NCBI GenBank assembly: GCA_965215885.1
Contig: CBDCEW010000086.1
Coordinates: forward strand, 20,579-84,578
Direction of reading: 5' to 3'
DNA length: 64,000 bases
Source: Candidatus Moanibacter sp.
GTDB taxonomy: Bacteria > Verrucomicrobiota > Verrucomicrobiia > Opitutales > UBA2987
The position numbers and the translations under genes are program-made. The first letter of the stretch is position 1. Every line of letters starts with the position of its first letter. Shown piece by piece: positions 18,666 to 29,933 of this stretch. The notes under the pieces were generated by a model that saw only the letters and a program-made list of their open reading frames with translations, searched no databases and had not been told where the DNA came from.

Positions 18666-20440
18666 AAAGGACACACCATTGCAGCGAACTTACGAAGTCG
18701 GACAACGGCGCGACGGTGACGCTGATCGGATGGGTCGATTCAGTACGTGACCACGGCGGCATTCTGTTTGTCGATTTGCGTGATCGCGAAGGATTGACTC
18801 AGGTCGTTTTTGATCCGGACGATAGGAGCTACGTCGGGCGCCTCAACGATCTTAAACCGGAATCCGTTATTGAGATAACTGGTGAAGTCAGTCTGAGGAG
18901 TGAGGAGACGATTAACGCAAAACTGAAGACGGGTGAAATCGAGGTACATGCTCGGGAGTTGGTCATTCATAACGTCTCAGATACTCCCCCATTCCCTGTC
19001 GATGAGGAGAAAACGGCCAGCGTAAATGAGGATCTTCGCCTCCGATTTCGCTATCTCGATTTGCGCAGACCGAGCAATCTGGTGGTATTAAGAAAGAGAC
19101 ATCAGGCTTACCGGTCGGTCCGTAATTTCCTCGATGACAATGGATTTGTCGAAGTAGAGACCCCTTTACTCTTTAAGAGCACTCCAGAAGGCGCACGCGA
19201 ATTCCTTGTGCCGAGCCGAATGAATCCGGGAGAATTTTATGCCCTCGTCCAGTCACCTCAACAGTACAAACAGATGCTGATGGTAGGTGGAGTGGAACGC
19301 TACTATCAGATTGCAAAGTGCTTTCGTGACGAAGACTTGCGGGCCGAACGTCAGCCCGAATTCACTCAGATCGATATCGAATTATCGTTTATCGACCGCG
19401 AAGACATGTACGCGCTCGTTGAAGGCCTTTTTCATCAGATTTGGAAGGACGTTCTGGGCGTGGATATCGAGACTCCGTTTCCACGACTTTCCTATCACGA
19501 GGCGATAAACCGCTTCGGAACAGATAAACCAGACACTCGTTTTGAACTCGAACTGGCGGATCTAAGCGAGGTATTTGCAGATTCCGGATTCAAAGTATTC
19601 TCCTCCACAATAGGCGGAGGTGGTGTAGTAAAGGCGCTTAACGCGAAGGGGTTGGCTGATATTACCCAGGGCGAATTAAGGGATCTGGAAGAGGCCGCAA
19701 AATCGCTGGGAGGGAAAGGACTGGCTTTCATTAAGGCGGAGGGCGGAGAATGGAAGTCGCCCATATTAAAGTTCTTCTCTGAAACTGAAAAGCGTGCCCT
19801 TAAGGACACCCTTGCTATCGAGGAAGGAGATATCGTCTTTTTCGCGGCGTCCGATTGGGAGCGCGCTTCAACGATACTGGGTCGGATTCGCAACGACTGT
19901 GCCACTTACCTTAAGAAACGTGGGAAATTGAAATTGGCGCCAGGCGAATACCACTTTCTCTGGGTAATTGAATTTCCGCTCATGCTCCACGATGCCGAGA
20001 CCGGTGAATACGCTACCGCTCATCACCCTTTTACCTCGCCGGTACCCGAAGATATTCCACTGCTGGAGACTGACCCTAAGGCGGTGCGTGGGCAGCACTA
20101 CGATGTTGTCCTGAACGGAGTCGAATTGGGTGGGGGAAGCATCCGAATTCATGATTCGGAACTTCAGCGGAAGGTGTTTCAAGATGTTCTGAAGATCCCG
20201 CCCGATATTGTGAAGGATCGTTTCGGATACATGCTGGAGTCGTTCCGTTACGGAGCGCCTCCGCATGGTGGAATTGCTATCGGCTTCGACCGTCTGGTCG
20301 CGATCCTGACAGGTAAATCAAGCATTCGCGAGGTCATCGCATTTCCGAAAACCCAGAAGGGGCGATGCCTCATGAGCGATAGCCCGGGACCGGCCACGGA
20401 TAAGCAATTGCGTGACTTGCATATCAAAACGTTGGAGTGA
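18662..20440 (+). CDS. aspS: Aspartate--tRNA ligase
   Basis: RTHHC, STPEGARE, QSPQ, FRDEDLR, GAPPHGG. Confidence 0.97.
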   Translation: MKRTHHCSELTKSDNGATVTLIGWVDSVRDHGGILFVDLRDREGLTQVVFDPDDRSYVGRLNDLKPESVIEITGEVSLRSEETINAKLKTGEIEVHARELVIHNVSDTPPFPVDEEKTASVNEDLRLRFRYLDLRRPSNLVVLRKRHQAYRSVRNFLDDNGFVEVETPLLFKSTPEGAREFLVPSRMNPGEFYALVQSPQQYKQMLMVGGVERYYQIAKCFRDEDLRAERQPEFTQIDIELSFIDREDMYALVEGLFHQIWKDVLGVDIETPFPRLSYHEAINRFGTDKPDTRFELELADLSEVFADSGFKVFSSTIGGGGVVKALNAKGLADITQGELRDLEEAAKSLGGKGLAFIKAEGGEWKSPILKFFSETEKRALKDTLAIEEGDIVFFAASDWERASTILGRIRNDCATYLKKRGKLKLAPGEYHFLWVIEFPLMLHDAETGEYATAHHPFTSPVPEDIPLLETDPKAVRGQHYDVVLNGVELGGGSIRIHDSELQRKVFQDVLKIPPDIVKDRFGYMLESFRYGAPPHGGIAIGFDRLVAILTGKSSIREVIAFPKTQKGRCLMSDSPGPATDKQLRDLHIKTLE

Positions 20441-20445
20441 GGATC

Positions 20446-20691
20446 TTACACCCCGCTTTCCAATCCGAATTCTTCCAGTTCGGGGGGATTCTTCTGCTTG
20501 TTCAGACGTTCGATTTTCAGTTCAGCATCCTTGAGCTTTTTCTGGCAGAGGTCTAAAAGTTTGTTACCCTGTTCGAATCTCTCGACAAGTTTCGTCAGGG
20601 GAATTTCACCACTCTCCATCGATTCGATGATTGTCTCAAGTTTCTCGAGGGCTTCTTCAAATTCCGGACCATCTTCCTTCTTATCTGTCAT
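20446..20691 (-). CDS. xseB: Exodeoxyribonuclease VII small subunit
   Basis: FEEALEKLETIIESMESGEIPL...FEQG. Confidence 0.93.
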   Translation of the reverse strand: MTDKKEDGPEFEEALEKLETIIESMESGEIPLTKLVERFEQGNKLLDLCQKKLKDAELKIERLNKQKNPPELEEFGLESGV

Positions 20692-20787
20692 GGCATTCTC
20701 CTCGCCTCGTTCTATTCAACACCATTGACGGCGAATTAACAGTCGATAATGGGTGAAAACCGGTCAATCTGTAGGTTTTTGTGAAAA

Positions 20788-22059
20788 ATGCATCCGCTTC
20801 TCATAGCATTTATTGTTATTCTCGTCTTAAAGGTGCTCTTTGAGGTCTCTCTCGATATCCTAAACAGGAAGCATGTTGCTGCTTCAGCCGGCAGAGTACC
20901 AGAGGCGTTCGAGGAATTCATCGAACAGGAGACCTACGATCGATCGATCGAATACACCCTTGCTAAGAATCGATTCAGCAAGGTGGAAAGCGTATACGAT
21001 GGTTTGATACTGTTCCTGATTATCCTGGTCGGATTCCTGCCCTGGTTGTACGGGTTGCTCCTGCAGGCATTTGGTGGCGGGATATGGGCTCAAGCGCTCA
21101 TCTTGTATCTGATCGGGATAGTATTATCACTCCCCGGCCTGCCTTTGGAGTGGTGGAGCCAATTTCGGCTGGAAGAACGATTCGGTTTTAACAAGAGCAC
21201 CATTAAGCTGTGGATAAGCGACAAGTTAAAAGGACTGATAATCGGTTTTCTGATTGGATATCCTATCCTCTGCCTCCTCTTGTGGATGATGAATTTGCCC
21301 TTCTGGTGGCTCTGGGCGTTTTTCGTCATCTTCTTTTTTCAGATCATCTTGATGATCATTTATCCAATGTTCATCATGCCTCTCTTCAACAAGTTCGAAC
21401 CGCTGCCGGAGGGCACATTGCGCAACCAGCTCATGCAACTTTCCGATCGCACCGGGTTTAAAACTCAGACAATTCTGGTCATGGACGGCAGTAAACGATC
21501 CGGGCATTCCAACGCCTTTTTCACGGGGTTCGGAAAGTTTCGCCGAATTGTGCTTTTCGATACCCTTATTGAGCAACTGAAACCGATTGAATTAGAGGCG
21601 GTACTTGCCCACGAGATTGGCCACTACAAATTGGGACATATCCCTAAGAGATTGGCAATTTCCGCAATTTCGACCCTTGTCGCGTTTCGAATACTTGCCT
21701 GGCTGTCCAACCGTGAGTCGTTTTTCGAGGCTTTTGGGTTCTCTCACGCTGATGGAATGGCGCCTGCTTTGCTGCTGTTCGCTCTCTTGAGCGGATTAGT
21801 CACCTTCTGGTTGACTCCGATCTTGAGTTCCTGGGCGAGAAAGCACGAATACGAGGCGGATGCCTTTTCTCGGGACGCCATGAAGAATCCCGATCCTTTA
21901 ATTCGTTCCCTTCGAATCTTACATGAAAGAAATCTGAGTAATCTTACACCGCATCCGCTCTATAGCCGCTTCTACTACTCCCATCCTACTTTATTGGAAC
22001 GGGAGAACGCGCTCCGAGCTGACTGTAGCCCGCCGGGAGCAAGCGAGACTGAGGAGTGA
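20788..22059 (+). CDS. M48 family (Ste24-like) membrane metallopeptidase
   Basis: [29 protein letters not shown]. Confidence 0.93.
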   Translation: MHPLLIAFIVILVLKVLFEVSLDILNRKHVAASAGRVPEAFEEFIEQETYDRSIEYTLAKNRFSKVESVYDGLILFLIILVGFLPWLYGLLLQAFGGGIWAQALILYLIGIVLSLPGLPLEWWSQFRLEERFGFNKSTIKLWISDKLKGLIIGFLIGYPILCLLLWMMNLPFWWLWAFFVIFFFQIILMIIYPMFIMPLFNKFEPLPEGTLRNQLMQLSDRTGFKTQTILVMDGSKRSGHSNAFFTGFGKFRRIVLFDTLIEQLKPIELEAVLAHEIGHYKLGHIPKRLAISAISTLVAFRILAWLSNRESFFEAFGFSHADGMAPALLLFALLSGLVTFWLTPILSSWARKHEYEADAFSRDAMKNPDPLIRSLRILHERNLSNLTPHPLYSRFYYSHPTLLERENALRADCSPPGASETEE

Positions 22060-22504
22060 GAACACTATCAGGGATTGAGGCAGCACATAAAGAATTGACC
22101 TCGGATGATCTAGCGCAGCAGAGCCGCACCCAAATTGGAAGATCGACGCACGAAAGAGGGGCTACAGAGAACAGCGAGAAGAACAGAAGAGCACGGAGAG
22201 TTGAACAGAAGGAAACGAAGAGGTTGGTATTCAATAAATTGCAGGCGACAAGGTTTGGGACAAGGTTCGCGACGAGGTTACCCAAGGGAAGTAGGAGTTT
22301 CCTTCTGCATTCGCGTCCATCTGCGTGCATCTGCGGTTCTCTTTTTCTTTTTTGGTTGCGGCTTCGCTGCGCTAGGTCATCCGCGGTGAAAATTTTCCCA
22401 ACTCACTATTCTCATTCTTTCGACTAATGAGCCTCAGCAGCTTGTTCATCAATTTATCTTTCATTGTTCATTTGCGGTTACGTGAGAGTTTAGGATCAAA
22501 AGTA

Positions 22505-23380
22505 ATGAAATTGTGCCTCTTGCTCTTCGCCTGGGGATGCACGGTTCAGGCAGAGACCGTTCGCGTGGCCTCGTTGAATTTGAAGAATTACCTGAGCGCA
22601 GATCGCATGGTGGAGGGTGTTGATCGCAAAGAATATCCCAAGCCCGAAGTTGAGAAGGAAGCTCTGAGGAGAGTCCTCAAGGAGATTAACCCGGATATCC
22701 TCGCTCTTCAGGAGATGGGAAAAGAACCCTTTCTTTTTGAACTGCAACGCGATCTTCGAGCAGTCGGTTTACACTATCCTTTCACGACACTACTGAAAGC
22801 CGCCGATGAGCAACGACATCTCGCCGTCCTTTCAAAAGCGCCGTTTCGAAAGGTGCATAGGCACAAGGACTTGGACTTCAAGTATTTCGAGTACCGCGAT
22901 GAGGTAAAGAGAGGCTTACTCGAAATTGAATTTGAAACCGGAGAGACAGTCTGGACTCTCTTTGATCTACACTTGAAGAGCAGGCGAACGGTGCGAAAAG
23001 ATGATCCTGAGTCTCGCACGCGCCGAAAGTCGGAAGCTTTGGCTATAAGGAATTTCATCGCGAAGCGGTACCCTCCGGAGAAGGACCCGAGTTTCCTCAT
23101 CCTGGGCGATTTTAATGACACCCGCGGTTCGCCCGCCGTTAGGTATATGCTTAAAAGAGGATCTCGGTTACTCGCAATATTGGTTCCCGCTTTCGACAGT
23201 CGAGGTGAAACCTGGACTTACCATTATAAAAAAGAGGATACCTATTCGCGTGTAGATCTGATTCTCGCCTCTCCCGAAATGCTTCCAAGAGTACTGGATG
23301 AAAAGGGTAGGATAGTGGACCATCCCAGTATGAGAACGGCCTCAGATCACCGTATGATTTACGTCGATCTCTCCTTCTAG
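22505..23380 (+). CDS. Endonuclease/exonuclease/phosphatase family protein
   Basis: LQEM, HLKS, GDFND, ASDH; start uncertain (22427 or 22505). Confidence 0.88.
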   Translation: MKLCLLLFAWGCTVQAETVRVASLNLKNYLSADRMVEGVDRKEYPKPEVEKEALRRVLKEINPDILALQEMGKEPFLFELQRDLRAVGLHYPFTTLLKAADEQRHLAVLSKAPFRKVHRHKDLDFKYFEYRDEVKRGLLEIEFETGETVWTLFDLHLKSRRTVRKDDPESRTRRKSEALAIRNFIAKRYPPEKDPSFLILGDFNDTRGSPAVRYMLKRGSRLLAILVPAFDSRGETWTYHYKKEDTYSRVDLILASPEMLPRVLDEKGRIVDHPSMRTASDHRMIYVDLSF

Positions 23381-24273
23381 AATACCGTAACCGGCACCTC
23401 GATGATGTTGAAACCGGGAACATCGACAAAGAGTGTGCCACTACCCTCTTCGCCTCCTTCTACCGGAACGTTCACGGACCTCGCACCTTCCTCGATGATG
23501 ACCCGCGGCATAATGATCGATGCCGGAACATCCGTGGTCGCATCGATATACAGGCCTCCTGGAGGAGCCTCAAAATCAACCGTAATCAACATCATGATAC
23601 TTTCACCCGGAGCGAGAGAGAGCTGTTTGGGAAGAATCGAAAGAGTGGCACTATCAATACGAAAGGTCCCAATCGGGATGTCACCTTGACCCGTCCGCAA
23701 TGCTACCTGATATGAGCGGCCGGAGGGCAGACTGGGGACGTAGAAACTGAGGGAATTTGGAGAAATGTATTCAGTCGGGACCTCCCTCGCTCCCATAAGG
23801 AGGACATCGTATTGGGAAAATCCGCGACCGACGACCGCAACCTTGGCACCGACCAGCGCTCTGTCGCTTTCCAATTGAATAACATACCGATTGACCAGTT
23901 GAGCCGGATAAATATCGGAAAAAAGTTCGCGAGTCCGTTTCCTTTGATCGACGTAATAATCATATTTGAGGATATAGTAGTACCGCACTTCCGTCGTGTT
24001 GGGCGGCATCTTGTAATCAACTTCGAAAATCGTCGCCCCAATATCGCTTCGATGCATTTCGAAGCGCTCACCGTTGACCACAATGGCCGCGGCAGCTGAC
24101 TCACGTACAGACTTACTTTTGGTGAAATTGGCCGCGAAGCTGAATGTGTAGATATCTGAGGGGTTGGCCGGGATTTGTTGCGGAGTCAGATTTGCAATTC
24201 GGGTAACGCAGCCGCTCCCCCCAAGGATAGTACTTAACAGTATCGTCCCGACAATGAAATTTTGTGTTTTCAT
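23377..24273 (-). CDS. Lipoprotein with IPT/TIG-like domain
   Basis: Lipobox GGSGC; Ig-like beta segments (VGAKVAVVGRGF). Confidence 0.6.
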   Translation of the reverse strand: MKTQNFIVGTILLSTILGGSGCVTRIANLTPQQIPANPSDIYTFSFAANFTKSKSVRESAAAAIVVNGERFEMHRSDIGATIFEVDYKMPPNTTEVRYYYILKYDYYVDQRKRTRELFSDIYPAQLVNRYVIQLESDRALVGAKVAVVGRGFSQYDVLLMGAREVPTEYISPNSLSFYVPSLPSGRSYQVALRTGQGDIPIGTFRIDSATLSILPKQLSLAPGESIMMLITVDFEAPPGGLYIDATTDVPASIIMPRVIIEEGARSVNVPVEGGEEGSGTLFVDVPGFNIIEVPVTVF

Positions 24274-24407
24274 TTGTAGTTCTACTACAGTAAGTAAGGC
24301 ATACCTTTGATGTTTCTGCAAGAAAAAGCTGATCGCACCCTTTTGTTCGATAGCCCGCTTTTCCTGACCGGTGAGTAACTGCGTGTCAATGAGATGCCTC
24401 TGTCGGA

Positions 24408-25604
24408 ATGAAACCGAGTAAATCTTTCGAAAGAGGCATAAAGTCCGATCCCGGCTTGCCGGGACTAGGGGTCTACCTTCATATCCCGTTCTGCGCCAAA
24501 CGCTGTGATTTCTGCGCCTTCTATGAAAAAACGCCCCGCCGCGGTGAACTCGCTGACTTTATCTCCGGCCTGGAATGCGAATTGGCCCTCGTCGATATCG
24601 GGCGTCACGTGGATACAGTTTTCTGGGGTGGGGGAACTCCCGGGCTTCTCCCGGCACGCGATCTGGAAACTCTCGGTCGGGCCTTGAGGGAGAGGATACC
24701 CGAATCGCCCGAAGAGTGGACCGTTGAGATGGCGCCCTCAACCGTAAAGCCTGAGAAAATCTCCGTTCTGAAAGATCTCGGTGTAAACCGTATATCGCTC
24801 GGAGTGGAGACTTTTTCCGACAAGCAGCTTGAAATCCTGGGCCGTCAACATTTACGAAAGGAAGTCTACAAAGCGATCGACATGATCTATTCCGGGGGTG
24901 TGGAAATTCTGAATCTCGACCTTATGTTCGCCATTCCGGGGCAGACTCTTGGTATGTGGGAAGTCGATCTTCGGGAGGCGGTGGAGATCGGGCCGCAGCA
25001 CATTTCAACTTATTGTCTGACTTACGAAGAGGACACGGCCCTTTACCTGAAGCTTCAACACGGCCGGATCGCTCCTAAGGGCAAATCCGAAGAGGCGGCC
25101 TTTTACGAATCCACTTGGAGATTCCTGCGGGAATCCGGCTATACCCAGTACGAAATCGCTAATTTCGCCCGAAACGGATTTCAGTGCCTTCATAATATCA
25201 ACACCTGGCGCATGGGAGAGTGGATCGGTTTTGGCCCATCCGCTGCATCACAGGTCGATAATCGGCGATACACGAACATACCTTCACTCGCGGAATGGCT
25301 AATCGGTATCGATGATGGAAAGCCCGTGCGCGTGGATGAAGTCGACCTCACACCCGAAATTCTCGCCGTCGACTGTCTCATTTTCGGCCTTCGCATGAAC
25401 CGTGGGGTCGATCTCCTCGAGCTGAGCCGCCGCTTTCCCTCTATCGCCTTTGAGAAACTCGAGCCGCTCTGGAAGCACCTGCACGAAGAGGATCTTATGA
25501 GCCGTCAAGAAAATGGCTGCTTGCGTCTTACCCCAAAGGGGCGCCTGCTCGCGGATAGTATCGCCGTCGAGATCCTCCATGCCTTTGAAAGCTATCAATT
25601 CTGA
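24408..25604 (+). CDS. hemW: Radical SAM heme chaperone HemW (HemN-like)
   Basis: YLHIPFCAKRCDFC, GGGTP, YEIANF, HNINTW. Confidence 0.9.
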   Translation: MKPSKSFERGIKSDPGLPGLGVYLHIPFCAKRCDFCAFYEKTPRRGELADFISGLECELALVDIGRHVDTVFWGGGTPGLLPARDLETLGRALRERIPESPEEWTVEMAPSTVKPEKISVLKDLGVNRISLGVETFSDKQLEILGRQHLRKEVYKAIDMIYSGGVEILNLDLMFAIPGQTLGMWEVDLREAVEIGPQHISTYCLTYEEDTALYLKLQHGRIAPKGKSEEAAFYESTWRFLRESGYTQYEIANFARNGFQCLHNINTWRMGEWIGFGPSAASQVDNRRYTNIPSLAEWLIGIDDGKPVRVDEVDLTPEILAVDCLIFGLRMNRGVDLLELSRRFPSIAFEKLEPLWKHLHEEDLMSRQENGCLRLTPKGRLLADSIAVEILHAFESYQF

Positions 25605-25626
25605 TTAAAACTCGGTACTACCGGAA

Positions 25627-26205
25627 TTGACGATCGAGATAGCTTTCGTTTTGGCACTCCTCCTGTTGGCAATTGCCTGCTTTGTGACAGAGCGGCTCCG
25701 ACATGATATGATCGGGCTTCTCGTAATCGTTGCTCTCGGCCTGACGCGTATTCTGGAACCAGCGGATCTCTTCTATGGGTTCAGTAACGAGGCGGTTATT
25801 ACTATCGGGGCGATGTTTGTGGTCAGCGCCGCCCTCGACTTGATTGCCACTGAACTGATCGGCAGGGTCGGCCAGTTGGGACTCTACGGGACCTTCTGGA
25901 TCTTCTACTTCATGACGGGCCTGTTGAGCCTCCTCATCCTCAACAAACCTGCGGCGGTGTTGGCCACCCCACTTGCCATTTTATTGGCACTCAAGCTTGA
26001 GGTGGATCCCAAGCCGTTTATAATGGCGGTTGCGTTTGCGGCCTCAACCGCCATGGCAACTTCCATGGGCTACCAGACAAAACTCCTCGTCTATGGTCCC
26101 GGTGGTTACAATTTCAAGGATTTCGTGAAATTCGGCCTGCCCTTGAATATTCTGACGGGAATCCTCGCGTGCCTCCTGATTCCCGTTCTATGGCCGTTTC
26201 GGTAA
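25627..26205 (+). pseudogene. SLC13-family permease with large in-frame internal deletion
   Basis: N-terminal GFSNEAVITIGAMFVVS joined directly to C-terminal GYQT..VYGPGGY.F.DF; 192 aa. Confidence 0.65.
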
Positions 26206-26219
26206 CGCCCGTGCCGATT

Positions 26220-27547
26220 TCAAGCTGGCCGCAGGGCGGCTCTCTCAGTCTCCCCGAAGAGGCGATCTGCCCGATACATAATCGCAATGCTGAATACGTC
26301 TTCGATGCACTCGACCGGAAAGAATTCCACCTGCTTTCGCACATGATCGGGCAACTGGCGCAAGTCACTCTCATTTTCCTTGGGAATAATGACGCGGCGG
26401 ATACCGGCTCTATGCGCAGCCAACACTTTTTCCTTCACGCCACCGACCGGTAAGATCAGACCACTTAATGTGATCTCACCGGTCATCGCGGTGTCCCTAT
26501 CGACCGGTAGATCCAGGTAGATGGATGCGAGCGCCGTCGCGATCGTCACTCCCGCGGATGGACCGTCCTTTGGCGTTGCTCCGGAAGGCACGTGAATATG
26601 TACGCCCTTTTCTGAGAACTCTTCCGCATCGATATCCAATTGATCGGCATGGGACCAGATGTAACTTTGAGCCGCTCTGGCTGATTCCTGCATCACATCC
26701 CCTAACTGTCCCGTCAGAGTCAGCCCGTTCGCCTGGGGAAGCTTGACCGCATCAATATAGAGTACCTCTCCGCCTGTCTCGGTCCACGCCAGGCCGGTCG
26801 CGACTCCAGGTGCAAGTCTTCGCCGAACGGAATTCAATGAAAAACGTTCGGGACCTAAAATATCGGGGAGATCGTCGGGGGTGACCGTCAAAGGTTCTGT
26901 TCGTCCCGTGACAAAAAGAGTCGCTGGCGTTCAAATCGACGACCGAGCGCTTTGGCGATTGAATGGCCGAGTGAAGTCTTTCCCACTCCCGGCGGTCCGA
27001 CGAGGCAGAGGATTGGGGCTTTCGCCCTCGGGTTGAGCTTCAGGACAGCCAGATGTTCGATGATTCGGTCTTTTACATCCTCGAGATTAAAGTGGTCCGC
27101 ATCGAGCACTCTTCGAGCCGAATCCAGGTCCAAAATGTCCTCAGTCGCTGCATGCCACGGGAGTTCGAGGATCAATTCGATATAAGAACGGACTATTTGA
27201 TAGTCTCCCGAAGCTGGACCCATGCGTTCCAGCCGGGAAAGTTCCTTTTCCGTTTCGCTTTGAACATTCTCCGGCAAATTCGCCTCCCCGATTCGTTCTC
27301 GCAGCTCCTCAATTTCGGCCTTCTCATCATCCTTTTCTCCAAGTTCCTCCTCGACCGTCTGCTGATCAACAGAGGCTTTTTCTGTGAAGACGAGTATCTC
27401 TTTGCTCTCGCCCGTGATCGCCGCTTCCACAGCCGCAATCGATTCAGGTCGTTCGGCCGCCAGAGGTCTCAAGACTTTCGGAAATAACACCGTGTCCTTT
27501 AAAAGCAATACGGGCAAAACAACTGATTTCTCTTTTCCCCTGATCAT
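26220..27547 (-). pseudogene. lon: Lon protease with two internal deletions, in two ORFs
   Basis: Short N-domain, Walker A GPPGVGKTS, no Walker B/sensor region; protease domain PKDGPSAG and GGVKEK intact in 26220-26891. Confidence 0.8.
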
Positions 27548-27844
27548 GGTATTCGTATTCCCTGTTTCCTTTGAAGATCCGTTCTTCCCTTTGAATTCGC
27601 TCGTTTCGCAGCAATGTCGCTCTTCTTTATACAGATCTCATGCCAGTTTCTCATGGATTTGCAAATAGCTTACTATCAGTTTCATAGCGACAAAAACGAG
27701 CTTCGTATCAATCACCGGAAGCCGCGAGATACCGCCCGAGTGACGGGATTTCGTGTTTAATCAACCACCTGCAGTGACCCCGCAGCGCAGAGACTCGAAG
27801 TCAAAGAATCAGCCGGAGAGCGACGGTGCAAAAGGTGACTTATT

Positions 27845-27944
27845 GTCATTGCGAGACCCGCGTAGCGGGGCGTGGCAATCCAGTCCCGTTCGGCGGGTGA
27901 ATACCAAATGCGTGGATTGCTTCGTCATTCTTCTTCGCAATGAC
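27845..27944. repeat. GTCATTGCGAG...CGCAATGAC palindromic element (half copy ~43110-43148)
   Basis: Terminal inverted repeat and internal GCAATCC/GGATTGC. Confidence 0.75.
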
Positions 27945-28040
27945 GGCTGTAAGGGATTCGTATTCTTTCCGACTCATTGTGGAACGAACGGTCAACAAGT
28001 TTCACGAAAACCGGTATCAAAATTGCAAACATAAATGAAC

Positions 28041-28387
28041 ATGAAAACATAACTGATTTAACGGAAGCTAACTTCGATACAGAAGTAGTACAATCGGAAG
28101 AACTGGTCCTGGTCGATTTCTGGGCGGCCTGGTGTGGTCCATGCAAAGCGATGGCACATGTTCTCGCGGAACTGGCTGTCGAGAAGGCCGGGGAAATAAA
28201 GGTCGCAAAGGTGAACGTCGATGAGAACCCATCATTGGCTGAGCGCTTCAATATCCGATCAATCCCAACGCTCCTCATTTTCGAAAGTGGAGAGATCAAG
28301 GACCAGATCGTGGGAGTAGTTCCAAAAGACCTGATTCTATCGAAAGTTGAGAGGGCGAAAGATTCGCGCGAGGTCACGGCGCAGTAG
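28041..28387 (+). CDS. trxA: Thioredoxin; start unclear, ATG at 28041 is one base out of frame
   Basis: VDFWAAWCGPCK, SIPTL. Confidence 0.9.
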
Positions 28388-28471
28388 GAACGGCATGGTG
28401 TCGGACGTCAGGCTGGCCTCCGGCGCCTTGACCTTTGCGGGTCTGACAGGTTCACCACAGGCGTGATCAAA

Positions 28472-28667
28472 CTCTGCCGTACGGCGGGGTGAAACTTTGA
28501 CTCAACCCACCTCTGTCCCCTCCCAGGAGGGGATCTTTTCGCTCCGGGGCTCGTTCACCAAGTTCCCCTCCTGGGAGGGGACAGGGGTGGGTTTCTTCCA
28601 AGACGAATTTCACCTTCAATAAACGTTAGCTTATCGCTTGCAAACTCGTTCTGCCGTACGGCAGAGA
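28472..28667. repeat. Nested palindromic repeats
   Basis: ~30-bp IR containing CCCCTCCCAGGAGGGG (28504-28533, 28564-28593) flanked by CTGCCGTACGGC palindromes. Confidence 0.75.
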
Positions 28668-28699
28668 AGTTTAAAGTCAGGCTGAGATGGTGCTGAACT

Positions 28700-29908
28700 C
28701 TAAACAGGATCTGACGGGATCAGCTCTCGTAAGTGTTTCCTTATCTCCTCGATCTTGGTGAGCTTCTCAATCCAAAATTCGGGAATCCCTTTTTCTCCAC
28801 CGATTCCGTAAGAGGCGCCGAGGACGGCCCCGAGAAGAATAGCGCGGCCACACGAGTCGCCACCGGCGTAGATGTTCTGGCGGATAGCGTCCTTGTAGGA
28901 TCCGACGGTGGCTAGATTGTGAACAACACTGGGAACGCCGAAGACGAGGTTGCAGCTCATTCCGAATTCGAAGGTCACTGACGGCGTATCCTTGTTCCTG
29001 AGGGAGAGTGCTTCGTCGATGAGTTTGGAAACTTGAGACTCTGCCACTTCGCGACCGGCAGCGATAGCACCAGCCGGGTCCGCGTTACGAATTGCAGCTT
29101 CGATGATGCGGGCGGCGGCTTGACCAAAGGCAACCGCGCGATCATTGTCATTGGTTACGCGGACCGCGGATTCTACGACTTCAGAGAGCCGATCGTTTCC
29201 AGCGTAGGCGGCGACCAAAGCCGGAAGCTTCGAAATGGCCGGCATCTGCTCGTCGTTGGCTCCATGGTAACCACTGATACTTTCCAGCTCATCAACGATC
29301 TTGAACGCATAGGCGACCATATTGTCGTCGTCGTGTGTGAGCCGGACGGTTTCTTCAACCCTCCGGCGAAGTTCCTCACCCTTGGCCTGCTTCACGTTGG
29401 AGAGGACCTTGGTGATCATGCGGTGCTTGGTGTTCTCGTCACCATGAAACGGGATGGCCGCCGCTCGCTTGAGCGCTTGGCGTTCCGCGAAAGCGATGTT
29501 GTCCAAGGTGTCATGCATAGGATGGTCAATATACCCTACATAGTCCCCGCCGTAGCCAAAGTACTCGCGAAACAGGTCCTCATAGTGCGTTTTGTCGTAC
29601 TTGCCTTTGTTCTTAGCTAGTGAGCGAAGAAGCAATATCGCCTGTTCCCCGTAATGGGAAAAATCCCCGACTTGCTTTCTACCATGAGCGTAGAAGCCGC
29701 GTATTCCCTCGTAGTCCCCGGGCGTGGGGATGCGGAATTCAGGCGCTTCAGGCGCGACTTCGCGGATACGTTGCTGATCGTAGACCCAATGCAGTCCCAG
29801 GGAAGCGGCGTCGGCCACCAGGGCGCCAAGGACTGTGGTTTGTACACGGTTTTTGTCTTTCTTCTTTACGACCGGAGATTGATTCTGAACTGAATTGGCT
29901 ATTGTCAT
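28700..29908 (-). CDS. ADP-ribosylglycohydrolase superfamily protein (SelJ/J1-crystallin-like)
   Basis: GALVADAASLGLHW, SHYGEQ, AGGDSCGR. Confidence 0.8.
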   Translation of the reverse strand: MTIANSVQNQSPVVKKKDKNRVQTTVLGALVADAASLGLHWVYDQQRIREVAPEAPEFRIPTPGDYEGIRGFYAHGRKQVGDFSHYGEQAILLLRSLAKNKGKYDKTHYEDLFREYFGYGGDYVGYIDHPMHDTLDNIAFAERQALKRAAAIPFHGDENTKHRMITKVLSNVKQAKGEELRRRVEETVRLTHDDDNMVAYAFKIVDELESISGYHGANDEQMPAISKLPALVAAYAGNDRLSEVVESAVRVTNDNDRAVAFGQAAARIIEAAIRNADPAGAIAAGREVAESQVSKLIDEALSLRNKDTPSVTFEFGMSCNLVFGVPSVVHNLATVGSYKDAIRQNIYAGGDSCGRAILLGAVLGASYGIGGEKGIPEFWIEKLTKIEEIRKHLRELIPSDPV

Positions 29909-29933
29909 TTCTTTTCCGTCCTTTCGATTGTAT

